Positions 46,440 through 55,607 of a stretch of 62,805 nt of DNA are shown here, piece after piece. The notes below the pieces were generated by a model. The model was not told the DNA's origin and did not search any database. It saw nothing but the letters and a program-made list of their open reading frames with translations. Each line of letters opens with the position of its first letter. Position 1 is the stretch's first letter. A program made the translations under genes and the position numbers. The DNA is from an uncultured bacterium (GTDB taxonomy: Bacteria; Sysuimicrobiota; Sysuimicrobiia; Sysuimicrobiales; Humicultoraceae): positions 1 to 62,805 of the forward strand of contig CAZGNA010000001.1 of assembly GCA_964526945.1 (NCBI GenBank). The letters are read 5' to 3'.

Positions 46440-47057
46440 ATGCCACGAATTCCGTACGTCGATCCCGAGACGATCGCTGACCCGGAGATCCGGGGCTACC
46501 TGGAGCGGGCCCGGCGCGAGGGGACGCCGCGTCCCGAGAGCCAGGCGATTCGGGCGCACAACCCCGGCGTCATCCGGGCCTTTTCGCAGGCGTGGGAGCT
46601 GACGTTCCGCCACGGCGTGCTGGACCACGCCATCAAGGAGCTGTGCCGCGTTTACGTGTCGAAGTCCATCGAGTGCGAGTACTGAGGGGTCCAGCGGTCC
46701 GTCCAGGCTGGACGGAAGGGCCTGACCGAGGAGAAGTACGACGCGCTCCTCAACTTCGCTGACAGCGATCTGTTCACCGAGCGCGAGAAGGTGGCGCTGA
46801 CGTACGTCAGCGCCATCGTCTGGAACGCGGAGATCGCCGATGATGCGCTGTGGGCCAGGCTGTACCAGCACTTCACCATTCCCGAACTCGTGGAGCTGGG
46901 GTTCTTCGCGGCGCTGACCCTGGGCCAGCAGCGGTGGATCAAGACCCTGGGGATCGCCCACGGTGAGGTGCTGGGCGATACCACGGCGGGCCTGGCGCCG
47001 ACCGCGCGCCCCGGGGGCCCTGCAGCCGCCGGCCCGGCGGAGTCGCGGTCGTCCTGA
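46440..47057 (+). CDS. carboxymuconolactone decarboxylase / AhpD-like family protein with in-frame TGA (codon 82) at the second redox Cys position; candidate selenoprotein or nonsense allele
   Basis: ORFs 46299..46685 and 46791..47057 share one frame with a single TGA (46683-46685) between them. Read-through gives ...VSKSIECEY[TGA][24 protein letters not shown]...REKVALTYV..., a full-length CMD fold. Confidence 0.6.
46689..46716 (+). promoter_or_regulatory. SECIS-like hairpin(s) immediately 3' of the in-frame UGA
   Basis: One hairpin is GTCCAGC (46689-46695) paired with GCTGGAC (46707-46713), with a loop starting GGUC. The alternative is TCCGTCCA (46698-46705) paired with TGGACGGA (46709-46716), loop GGC. 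Confidence 0.4.
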
Positions 47058-47188
47058 GCGCCGGCACGCATGTGTTCGAGAGCAACCGGCGTGCCGGGTG
47101 CGGAATTGGCGTACGAGCCGGGGACGTTTGCTACTGTGCGTCCGATTCTTCCGCACACGGTCGCCTGCTGGCGAGAGGAGCCGGAGTG

Positions 47189-48340
47189 ATGGGTCGTCGG
47201 ATCACGCACGTGCTGCTCAGCGTCACGCTGGTTGGGTCCCTGCTCCTGCCCCTGCGGGCACAGGCGCAGGCGCCCCGTTCCCCCACCCCCGAACCCACGG
47301 CAGCCCCCGTACGGGTGGTCACGGTGGCAGAGGGGTTGGAGCGTCCCTGGGGGCTGGTCTTCCTCCCCGACCGGCGCATCCTGGTGACGGAGCGCCCCGG
47401 ACGTCTGCGGATCGTCGACGGCAACGGACGCCTCTCGGCCCCGCTGGGGGGCGTTCCCCAGGTCCTGGCGCAGGGACAGGGCGGCCTGCTCGACGTCGAG
47501 CTGAGCCCGACGTTCGCGCAGGACCGCTTCGTCTACCTCTCCTTCGCAGAGCCGGGTGATGGCGGGGGCAGCACGGCGGTGGCGCGGGGGCGCCTGGGCG
47601 AGGCCGGCCTCGAGGGTACCCAGGTCATCTGGCGCCAGCAGCCGAAGGTCCCCAGCGTCAACCACTGGGGCTCGCGGCTCGTCTTCCGCCGTGACGGCAC
47701 GTTGTTCGTGACGCTGGGCGACCGGTTCGCCTACCGGGAGCGCGCGCAGGATCTGTCGACGACGATCGGCAAGATCGTGCGAATCGCCCCCGACGGATCG
47801 GTTCCCCGCGACAACCCGTTCGTGGGGCGTGAGGGCGTGCGCCCCGAGATCTGGTCGTACGGCCATCGGAACGTGCAGGCGGCCGCCCTCCACCCGGAGA
47901 CCGGACAGCTCTGGACCGCCGAGCACGGCGCCCGCGGCGGCGACGAGCTGAACCGGGTCGAGGCGGGGAAGAACTACGGCTGGCCGGTCATTACCTACGG
48001 CGTGGACTACTCGGGGGCGAAGATCGGTGAAGGGACCGCGAAGCCCGGCATGGAACAGCCCGTCTACTACTGGGACCCGGTCATCGCGCCCTCGGGCATG
48101 ACGTTCTACACCGGCGACGCCTACCCGGGCTGGAAGGGCAGCGTGTTCATCGGCTCACTCACTCCGGGGCTGCTGGTGCGGCTGGTCCTCGAGGGTGACC
48201 GTGTGACGCGGGAGGAACGCTACCTGGCAGACCTCCACGAGCGCATCCGCGACGTGGTGCAGGGGCCCGACGGGTTGCTCTACCTGGCGACGGACAACCC
48301 CCGCGGGCGCATCCTCCGGCTGGTCCCGATGGGGCGATGA
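47189..48340 (+). CDS. PQQ-dependent soluble sugar (glucose/sorbosone) dehydrogenase family
   Basis: The signal peptide is [66 protein letters not shown] and GDELN are present. Confidence 0.9.
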   Translation: MGRRITHVLLSVTLVGSLLLPLRAQAQAPRSPTPEPTAAPVRVVTVAEGLERPWGLVFLPDRRILVTERPGRLRIVDGNGRLSAPLGGVPQVLAQGQGGLLDVELSPTFAQDRFVYLSFAEPGDGGGSTAVARGRLGEAGLEGTQVIWRQQPKVPSVNHWGSRLVFRRDGTLFVTLGDRFAYRERAQDLSTTIGKIVRIAPDGSVPRDNPFVGREGVRPEIWSYGHRNVQAAALHPETGQLWTAEHGARGGDELNRVEAGKNYGWPVITYGVDYSGAKIGEGTAKPGMEQPVYYWDPVIAPSGMTFYTGDAYPGWKGSVFIGSLTPGLLVRLVLEGDRVTREERYLADLHERIRDVVQGPDGLLYLATDNPRGRILRLVPMGR

Positions 48341-48422
48341 CGGACGGCAGCATGGCAGGCACGCGGACGATCCTCCCCGCAGCAGGAGCAGGGTCGACCC
48401 GGAAGGAAGCAGGGGGCGCACG

Positions 48423-48566
48423 GTGCTCCGCCGCGTAGCCGAGTTCGTCGGGCGGGTCACCGGCGACAGCCGTAAGGAATGGCTGGTGGTCGCCAGCGTG
48501 CTGGTGCTGCTGGCGCTGGCGGTCGCGCTGGGCTGGATCCGTCTGGAACTGCCGCGCGTGCCGTAG
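48423..48566 (+). CDS. possible 47-codon single-TM peptide (weak)
   Basis: GTG at 48423 follows GGAAGGAAG. The sequence is VLRRVAEFVGRVTGDSRKEWLVVASVLVLLALAVALGWIRLELPRVP. It is too short for the ORF track and has no homology support. Confidence 0.25.
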   Translation: MLRRVAEFVGRVTGDSRKEWLVVASVLVLLALAVALGWIRLELPRVP

Positions 48567-48639
48567 CCCACGGGTGGCCAGCGGGCGACACAACGGGCCG
48601 ACGCCAGGCCCGCTGCTCGTCGGTGCGCGCCCCGGCCGT

Positions 48640-51600
48640 TTACTTCCCCTCGGTCGGCTCCACTGCCCCCGCGGGCAGGGCACGGCGAGTGCGCGCCCAC
48701 TGGAGGGCGCGGTCCAGCACGACGTAGAACGCCGGGATCAGGAACAGGCTGGCCAGCGTCGACGTGACGAGCCCGCCGACGATGGCGCGGGCCAGGGGCG
48801 CCTGGAGCTCGGCGCCTTCCCCGATGCCGACAGCGAGTGGCAACAGGCCGAACATGGTCGTCGCCGTGGTCATCAGGATCGGCCGCAACCGCCGCTGGCC
48901 GGCCCGCGCCAGGGCTTCCAGCAGGGGCAGACCACGGTGCTGGAGTTGCAGTGCGTAGTCGATGAGCACGATGGCGTTGTTCACCGCGACGCCCACCAGG
49001 ACGATGGCGCCCAGCCCCGACTGGACGTTGAGGGTGGTGCCGGTCAGCAGCAGGGCGCCCAGCACGCCCACCAGGGCGAACGGGACCGCCGCCATGATCA
49101 GGAAGGGCTCGAACAGGCGCTCGAACTGGGCTGCCATGACCATGTAGACCAGCACCAGGGACATCAGGAAGCCGGAGAGCAACTGGGAGAACGACTCCTG
49201 CTGCTCCTCGAACTCGCCGCTGAAGGCCACGGCAAACCCCTGCGGGAGCCGCTCGGCCAGGACCGCGCGACGGACGTCGCGGAGGGTGCTGGCCACGTCG
49301 CGGCCGGTGATGTTGCCGGTGAGCGTGACGACCCGCTCGCGGTTGCGGCGCTGGATCTGCGTGGGCCCCGGGGTGCCGGTGACCTGCGCCAGCTGGCGCA
49401 GCGGGACGATTCCCCGTGGGGTGCTGATGGGGAGGGCCGCCAGGCGGTCGGGTGTCAGGCGGTCGGCCTCCCGGAGCCGCACGACGACGTCGACGTCCTC
49501 GCCGCCACTGCGCAACAGCGCGGCCGTGCGGCCGCCGACGTAGGTGCGTACCGACGCTGCGACCTGGGCCGCCGTCGTACCGAAGGCGGCGGCCCTCACC
49601 GGGTCGACCTGCACGGTGAACTCCTCGGCGCTCTCCTCCCGGCTCACCTGCACGTCGGTGACGCCGGGGATACCCTCCAGCACGCTGCGCAGCCGGCGGG
49701 CGGTGGCGTTGCCGACTTCCAGGTCGAAGCCGCGCAGGTCGATGCTGATCGGGTCGGGGGACCGGAAGAAGAACAGCGAGCTGAAGGGGCGGAAGATCAC
49801 CGTGGCGCCAGGGATCCGGACGCGGCGACGCAGGTCGGCGATGACCTCCCGCGTGGGCGGAGCGTCGGGCGTCAGGCTGACGCGGAAGGTCGTGACGTGG
49901 GTGCTGGTGGCGGCGAACGTGCTGCCCACCAGCGACAGCACCAGGTCGGTGCCCGGCGTCTCCGCCATGAGCACCTGCTCCAGGCGACGCGCGGTGGCGT
50001 CGGAGACGTCGAGGGCCGTCCCGCGCGGGAGCTGGACGATCATGAAGAACCCGCGCTCGTCGGCCTGAGGGAACGTCTCGCGGCCCAGCAGGGGCAGCGC
50101 GGCGAACGCGACGACGATCAGCGCGATGGCGGCGCCGCTGACGACGAAGGGACGGCGCATGGCCCGGACCAGCACCGCCCGGTAGACGTCTTCCACGGCG
50201 CCGAACGCCCGTTCGGCCATGGTGGCCAGACGGCCGGCCGTCCCGCGCCCATGGCCCATGACGAGGGCGCGGGCGGCCAGCGACGGGATCAGGGTCAGGG
50301 CGACCACCAGCGAGCAGAGCAGGGCGAACGTGACCATGTAGGCCAGCGGTCGGAAGAGCACGCTGGCGATGCCGGTGGTGAAGAACATGGGCAGGAAGAC
50401 CACGACCGTGGTCAGCGTGCTGGCCATGATGGCCGTGCCCACCTCGCGGGTGGCCTCTTCGGCGGCCAGCAGCGCCGGGCGGCCTTCCTCGCGGTGCCGG
50501 AAGATGTTCTCGAGGACCACGATGGCGTTGTCCACCAGCATGCCCACTGCCAGCGCCAGGCCACCGAAGGTGATGAGGTTGAGGGTGAAGCCGCCCCAGA
50601 ACATCAACAGGAAGGTGGCCAGGATCGACGTGGGGATGGCCGTGGAGATGATCAGGGTGCTGCTGACGTTGCGCAGGAACGCCAGCAGCACCGCGACCGT
50701 CAACGTCGCGCCGACCAGGGCGGCGCTGCGCAGGGTGTCGATGGCCCGGCGGATGAACCGGCTGCCGTCGTTGATGGTCACCAGCCGGGCCTGGGGGAAC
50801 TGCTCGTTGATCTCCCGCGCCACCCGGAAGATGCTGCGCGCCACCGCCACGGTGTTCGTGCCCGACTGCTTGGAGATGGCGATGAGGATACCCGGGCGGC
50901 CGTTGATGCGCACCAGCGACGTGGGCTCCTCCCGGGTGTCCACCACCTGAGCCAGGTCGCCCACGCGCACGGGGAGGCCCTGGCGCGTGGCGACCACGAC
51001 CCGCGCGATGTCGTCGACGGACGTGAAGCGGCCGACGGTGCGTACCACCCGGCGCTGCGTGCCCACGCGCACGTCGCCGCCGGGTTCGACGGTGGCCTCG
51101 GCGCCGAGCGCAGCGATGACCTCGCGGTCGGAGACGCCCAGGGCTTCCAGGCGCTGGCGGTCCAGGAGCACGTGCACCTGGCGCTCGCGGCCGCCGCGGA
51201 CGTCGACGTTGGCCACGCCGGGAATCTGCTCGAAGCGCGGCTTGTACTCGTTCTCGGCCAGGTCGCGCAGGGCATCGACGTCGCCGCGGGCCTCGATGCC
51301 GAGCAGCACGATGGGGAACAGGTTGGGGTCGAACTTGGCGATGCGCGGGGTCTCTGCGCCGTCGGGGAGGCGGTCGCGGATGCGGTCGATGGCGGGGCGC
51401 ACGTCGTTGGCGGCCACGTCCAGGTCGGTGCCCCAGTTGAAGCGCAGCTGGATGCTGCTCCGTCCCTCGACGGAGTTGGACGAGATCTGCGTGACCCCGG
51501 GCACCGTGCTGAGCGCGTTCTCCAGGAGGACCGTGACCTCGCGCTCGACCTCCTGGGGGCCCGCCCCGGGGTAGTTGGTGGTGATGTTCAGGGTGGGGAA

Positions 51601-51723
51601 GGAGATGTCGGGGAGGAGGTCGACCGGCAGCCGGGTGAACGCCACCAGCCCCAGAAAGGCCACGGCAAGGTAGATCATGGCCGTGGTCACGGGCCGGTGG
51701 ATGGCGCCGCGGGCCAGGTTCAC
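48640..51723 (-). CDS. RND efflux transporter permease (AcrB/HAE1-like)
   Basis: The product is 1027 aa. It starts AIHRPVTTAMIYLAVAFLG and has a 12-TM plus two large-loop architecture. Confidence 0.95.
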   Translation of the reverse strand: MNLARGAIHRPVTTAMIYLAVAFLGLVAFTRLPVDLLPDISFPTLNITTNYPGAGPQEVEREVTVLLENALSTVPGVTQISSNSVEGRSSIQLRFNWGTDLDVAANDVRPAIDRIRDRLPDGAETPRIAKFDPNLFPIVLLGIEARGDVDALRDLAENEYKPRFEQIPGVANVDVRGGRERQVHVLLDRQRLEALGVSDREVIAALGAEATVEPGGDVRVGTQRRVVRTVGRFTSVDDIARVVVATRQGLPVRVGDLAQVVDTREEPTSLVRINGRPGILIAISKQSGTNTVAVARSIFRVAREINEQFPQARLVTINDGSRFIRRAIDTLRSAALVGATLTVAVLLAFLRNVSSTLIISTAIPTSILATFLLMFWGGFTLNLITFGGLALAVGMLVDNAIVVLENIFRHREEGRPALLAAEEATREVGTAIMASTLTTVVVFLPMFFTTGIASVLFRPLAYMVTFALLCSLVVALTLIPSLAARALVMGHGRGTAGRLATMAERAFGAVEDVYRAVLVRAMRRPFVVSGAAIALIVVAFAALPLLGRETFPQADERGFFMIVQLPRGTALDVSDATARRLEQVLMAETPGTDLVLSLVGSTFAATSTHVTTFRVSLTPDAPPTREVIADLRRRVRIPGATVIFRPFSSLFFFRSPDPISIDLRGFDLEVGNATARRLRSVLEGIPGVTDVQVSREESAEEFTVQVDPVRAAAFGTTAAQVAASVRTYVGGRTAALLRSGGEDVDVVVRLREADRLTPDRLAALPISTPRGIVPLRQLAQVTGTPGPTQIQRRNRERVVTLTGNITGRDVASTLRDVRRAVLAERLPQGFAVAFSGEFEEQQESFSQLLSGFLMSLVLVYMVMAAQFERLFEPFLIMAAVPFALVGVLGALLLTGTTLNVQSGLGAIVLVGVAVNNAIVLIDYALQLQHRGLPLLEALARAGQRRLRPILMTTATTMFGLLPLAVGIGEGAELQAPLARAIVGGLVTSTLASLFLIPAFYVVLDRALQWARTRRALPAGAVEPTEGK

Positions 51724-53102
51724 GGTCGCGCACCGGGTGGCCGGCGCGGCTCCTGGACGGGGCCGGGCGGCGTGGTGCCGGGGGACTGCCCGGGGCGGTC
51801 AGGGCCCGCATCGCTGCCCGCGGGACCCTGGGGCCGGCTGGGGCCCGTCCGGACCTGCATGCCGTCACGCAACCCCTGCTGCCCGGCGACGACCACCTCC
51901 TCGCCGGCGGCGAGGCCGTCCACGATCTCGGCGCGGCTGCCGTCGACGTAGCCGATCCGGACGCGGCGCTCCTCGACGACGGTCGGGGAGCGCATCACGA
52001 AGAGTACCGCCGCGTCCCCGCGGCGCACGATGGCGTCGGACGGTACCATGAGGGCGCTTCGCTCGTCGAAGACCACGGTGGCCCGGACGAACATGCCGGG
52101 GCGCAGCGCGAGATCGCGGTTGGGAACTTCGACCACGAGCTCGACGCTCCGGGAGGCGGGGTCCAGTGCCGGCGCGCGGCGGGCGATCCGTCCCTCGAAG
52201 ACCCGACCGGGTACCGCGTCTGCGACCACGCGGACACGACTGCCCGGACGCAGGCGCGGGAGGTCGGTCTCGGGCAGGCGCACGACCACCTCGACGGGCC
52301 GCAGGGTGGCGATGGTGGCGATCACCGTCTGGGTGGAGACGACGGCGCCGCGCTCCACGGGTACCCGGGTGACGACGCCGCCGATGGGCGCGGTGATGCG
52401 CAGCTCGCGCAGGCGGGCACGCTGTTGGGCCAGCGTGGCCTCGGCCTGCCGCACCAGGGCTTCCTGTGCCTGGAGATCCTCGACCCGCGGCCCCTGGCGC
52501 ACCAGGGCCAGCTGCTCCCGCGCGGCCCGCAGCCGGGCTCGCGCCAGCTCGACGTCGGTCTGGGCGCGATCGACCGCCGCCCGGGCCACGAGGCCGTCGG
52601 CGAACAGCTGCTGCGTCCGGGCGAGCTCCCGTTCGGCCTGGGCCAGCGCGACCTCGGCCTGGTGGACCGCCGCCTCGGCCTGGGCGACCTCCTGGGGGCG
52701 GGCACCCGCCCGCAGCTGGGCCAGCCGGGCCCGCTGCACGTCCAGCGCCGCCTCGGCCTGCCGGACGGCGTGTTCGAGCTCAGGGTCGTCCAGCCGGGCC
52801 ACCAGCTGCCCGGCGGCGACGACCGCACCTTCCTCGACGAGGATCGCGCCCAGGCGCCCGGGGATCCGCGCGATCACGTCGACGACGGCCGACGCGCGCA
52901 CCTCACCGGGGAGCGTGGTCTGTTCCACGAGCCGCGTGGTCGCCACGGTGGCGGTGCGGACCAGCGGCACCGGCCGCGGCCGCTGCTGGGGGGCTTCGCG
53001 GGCGGCAGACCGCCGCCCGATCCACTGGGTCGCTCCAACCACGGCGAGGGCCAGCGCTGCCAGGAGCCCCAACGTCAGCAGGGTACGGAGCAGGCGTCTC
53101 AT
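51720..53102 (-). CDS. RND efflux periplasmic adaptor (membrane fusion protein, HlyD family) with Pro-rich C-terminal tail
   Basis: It has an N-terminal anchor, a coiled-coil hairpin (AQLRAGARPQEVAQAEAAV...) and beta-barrel motifs. Its stop overlaps the permease start. Confidence 0.9.
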   Translation of the reverse strand: MRRLLRTLLTLGLLAALALAVVGATQWIGRRSAAREAPQQRPRPVPLVRTATVATTRLVEQTTLPGEVRASAVVDVIARIPGRLGAILVEEGAVVAAGQLVARLDDPELEHAVRQAEAALDVQRARLAQLRAGARPQEVAQAEAAVHQAEVALAQAERELARTQQLFADGLVARAAVDRAQTDVELARARLRAAREQLALVRQGPRVEDLQAQEALVRQAEATLAQQRARLRELRITAPIGGVVTRVPVERGAVVSTQTVIATIATLRPVEVVVRLPETDLPRLRPGSRVRVVADAVPGRVFEGRIARRAPALDPASRSVELVVEVPNRDLALRPGMFVRATVVFDERSALMVPSDAIVRRGDAAVLFVMRSPTVVEERRVRIGYVDGSRAEIVDGLAAGEEVVVAGQQGLRDGMQVRTGPSRPQGPAGSDAGPDRPGQSPGTTPPGPVQEPRRPPGARP

Positions 53103-53130
53103 GGTGGCAGCCTTATTTGTTTGACAGCCC

Positions 53131-54072
53131 TCAGCCGGGGAGGGTTTGGCCGGTGGTCTGCAGGCGCGTCATGGGGCCAAACCGCGCCACCAGCTCGTCG
53201 AACTCCCGGGCGTCGTAGAAGTCGCACGTGCCCGCGCCGAACGCCTTGGCAACCTCCAGGCAGAACCGCACCGCCACCTCGATGTCGGCGGCGTCGCTGG
53301 CTCCTGTCGCCGACCCCGGGACCATGGTCTGTGCGGTCAGCGCGAGCCCGAGGACGGGCGCCCGGGTCGCCGTCGCGGGTTGGAGGATGCTGTTGATGTG
53401 CCGCAGCCCGGTGCCGTACGGTGTGATGTCCTGCGTGGTCAGGGGAAGGATGACCGGGGGACGCCCGGTCACCCACTGGTAGAGGTCCAGCAGGGCGTCT
53501 GGCGCGGGCAGAATGTACCCCTCCTTCACCGGGAAGGAGATGGCGATGCCCTTGTGGTTGATCACGCGGTTGCCGCGCGTCGTGTCCACGGAGATGATGG
53601 CCTCCATGGCCGGATCCACCTCGCGGGCGTTGAGCACGGCCATGTCCACGGGCGACATCATCATGGGGACGGTCGGCGTCTCGCGCACCAGCGCCCGCGG
53701 GCAGATGTGCGTGGCGAGGATCACGTCGCCGGGAAGGACGTCGCCTTCGCGGCGCATGTCGGCCAGCTTCAGGGCACACGCAATGGCGGTGATGGCCCCG
53801 TCGGCGTCGGAGACGAGGCCCACCCGCGCCGGCCGCGCGCCGATGCCGCCCAGGCGGCCGATGATCCCCAGTGTGCGCGCGTCGCCCCCGCCGGCGCGGC
53901 CGCGGGCGCCGGGGACGAAGATCCGAACGACGTCGGTGGCCCCATGAGGGCCCTCGACCCGCTCGACCTGGCAGTCCACGCCCCGGGCCCGCAGCACGGC
54001 GGCCACCCGCTCGCCGGTGACGTGGGCGGAGTCCAGCAGGTCGTAGGCTTCCAGCGTATGACTCCAGCTCAT
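53131..54072 (-). CDS. DUF1177-like conserved protein
   Basis: LGIIGRLGGIGARP...GLVSDADGAI...HICP...TTQDITPYGTGLRHINSILQPATAT is present. The family assignment is from memory. ATG at 54072. Confidence 0.65.
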   Translation of the reverse strand: MSWSHTLEAYDLLDSAHVTGERVAAVLRARGVDCQVERVEGPHGATDVVRIFVPGARGRAGGGDARTLGIIGRLGGIGARPARVGLVSDADGAITAIACALKLADMRREGDVLPGDVILATHICPRALVRETPTVPMMMSPVDMAVLNAREVDPAMEAIISVDTTRGNRVINHKGIAISFPVKEGYILPAPDALLDLYQWVTGRPPVILPLTTQDITPYGTGLRHINSILQPATATRAPVLGLALTAQTMVPGSATGASDAADIEVAVRFCLEVAKAFGAGTCDFYDAREFDELVARFGPMTRLQTTGQTLPG

Positions 54073-54173
54073 GGCCCGGCCATCTTCGCGCGGGCGCCGG
54101 GCGGCTCCTCCCGCCGCGGTGGCCGGCGTTGTCGACGGGCAACCCGGAGTGCTACGATACCCGCGGCTTGCCC

Positions 54174-54701
54174 ATGGACGTGGAACCACCGGTCGTGCCC
54201 CCCGAGGTCGCCGCGCGCGCCGCTGCCGCCGTGGGCTGGGCGCGTGCGCTGCGCGAGGCGGCAGCGGTCCTGCGCCACCAGGCCGCCACGTTCAAATTCC
54301 ATCCCCTCACCGGCGAGCGGCCGGCGCCCGGGCCCGCCTTCCTGGAGGCGCTGCGGCGTCTGGAACACGTCGTCGGCGAGATCCAGCGCGCGCCCGCGGC
54401 GCTGCCGGCGACCGATGCGGACCTGGCGGCGGCGGGCGACGGCGCGCGGCGTGACCTCGAGGCCACGCGCGAGGCCATCACGCGAGGCGCGCAGCTCACC
54501 GCAGCCGCGGTCCAGGTGCTGCAGGCGGTGCTCCAGAGCCCCAACGGCGCCACGCTCGACGCGCCCTACGGGGGAGGCGCCCCGCGCCGGCACCACCCGG
54601 GCGCGCTGTGCACCATCGTCGCCCAGCGGGCCGAGGAAGTGGCGGCAGCGCTGGAGACGGGCGCCGTGCTGGCCGCGAACCTGGCGCTGCGGCCGCGATG
54701 A
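54174..54701 (+). CDS. hypothetical protein (Ala-rich helical)
   Basis: ORF 54129..54701. Its stop overlaps the UDG ATG (ATGA). No recognised motif is present. Confidence 0.45.
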   Translation: MDVEPPVVPPEVAARAAAAVGWARALREAAAVLRHQAATFKFHPLTGERPAPGPAFLEALRRLEHVVGEIQRAPAALPATDADLAAAGDGARRDLEATREAITRGAQLTAAAVQVLQAVLQSPNGATLDAPYGGGAPRRHHPGALCTIVAQRAEEVAAALETGAVLAANLALRPR

Positions 54702-55444
54702 ACGCGGGACCGCGCGCCACCTCCCCGCACCGTGACGCGCCCGCCACGCTGGCGGCCCTCAACGAGACGATCGTCGCGTGCCGCAAGTGCCCGCGGCTGA
54801 TCGCGTACTGCCGCAAGGTGGCGCGGGTCAAGCGTCGCGCGTTCCGCGACTGGGAGTACTGGGGACGGCCGGTGCCAGGGTTCGGCGACCCGGCTGCCCG
54901 GGTCCTGGTGGTGGGGCTGGCGCCGGCCGCCCATGGCGGGAACCGCACCGGCCGCATCTTCACCGGCGACTCCTCGGGCACCACCCTGATGGGCGCGCTG
55001 TACCGGACGGGGTTCGCCTCGCAGCCGCAGTCGGTGGCCCGGGACGACGGGCTGCGGCTGCTGGACCTCTACCTGGTGGCCGCCGTGCGCTGCGCGCCCC
55101 CTGACAACAAGCCGCTGCCCATCGAGCTGACCCGGTGCCGGCCGTACCTTGTGGCCGAGCTGCGGTTGCTGGAGCGGCTGCAGGTGGTGGTGGCGCTCGG
55201 CCGGATCGCGCACGACGCGGTGCTCGCCGCAGCCCGCGAGCTGGGCGCCGCGCTTCCCAGGCCGCGGCCGGTCTTTGCGCACGGCGCCGAGGCGCGCCTC
55301 GCGTGGAACGGCAGGACGCTCGTGGTGATCTCCTCCTACCATCCGAGCCAGCAGAACACCGCCACGGGCCGGCTGACCCCCGCGATGCTCGACGCGATCT
55401 TCCGGCGCGCCCGGGCGGTACTGACGCCATCGGCGCCCGCATGA
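54698..55444 (+). CDS. uracil-DNA glycosylase, family 5 (UdgB-like)
   Basis: CRKCPRL, VLVVGLAPAAHGGNRTGRIFTGD (GLAPA rather than GEAPG) and SSYHPSQQN are present. Confidence 0.85.
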   Translation: MNAGPRATSPHRDAPATLAALNETIVACRKCPRLIAYCRKVARVKRRAFRDWEYWGRPVPGFGDPAARVLVVGLAPAAHGGNRTGRIFTGDSSGTTLMGALYRTGFASQPQSVARDDGLRLLDLYLVAAVRCAPPDNKPLPIELTRCRPYLVAELRLLERLQVVVALGRIAHDAVLAAARELGAALPRPRPVFAHGAEARLAWNGRTLVVISSYHPSQQNTATGRLTPAMLDAIFRRARAVLTPSAPA

Positions 55445-55607
55445 TGTCCTGATGCCCTCGGCGCCCGCATGACGCCTGCGGACGACGACAGGGCGCCACG
55501 CCCCGGGACCCGACGGACCAGTGCAGGGCACGTCGGTGGGAGGCCCACAGCCGGTGAGCCCCGGTGGTGCCCGGCGATCGGCGATCCGGCGGGAGGGACA
55601 CGGCTGC

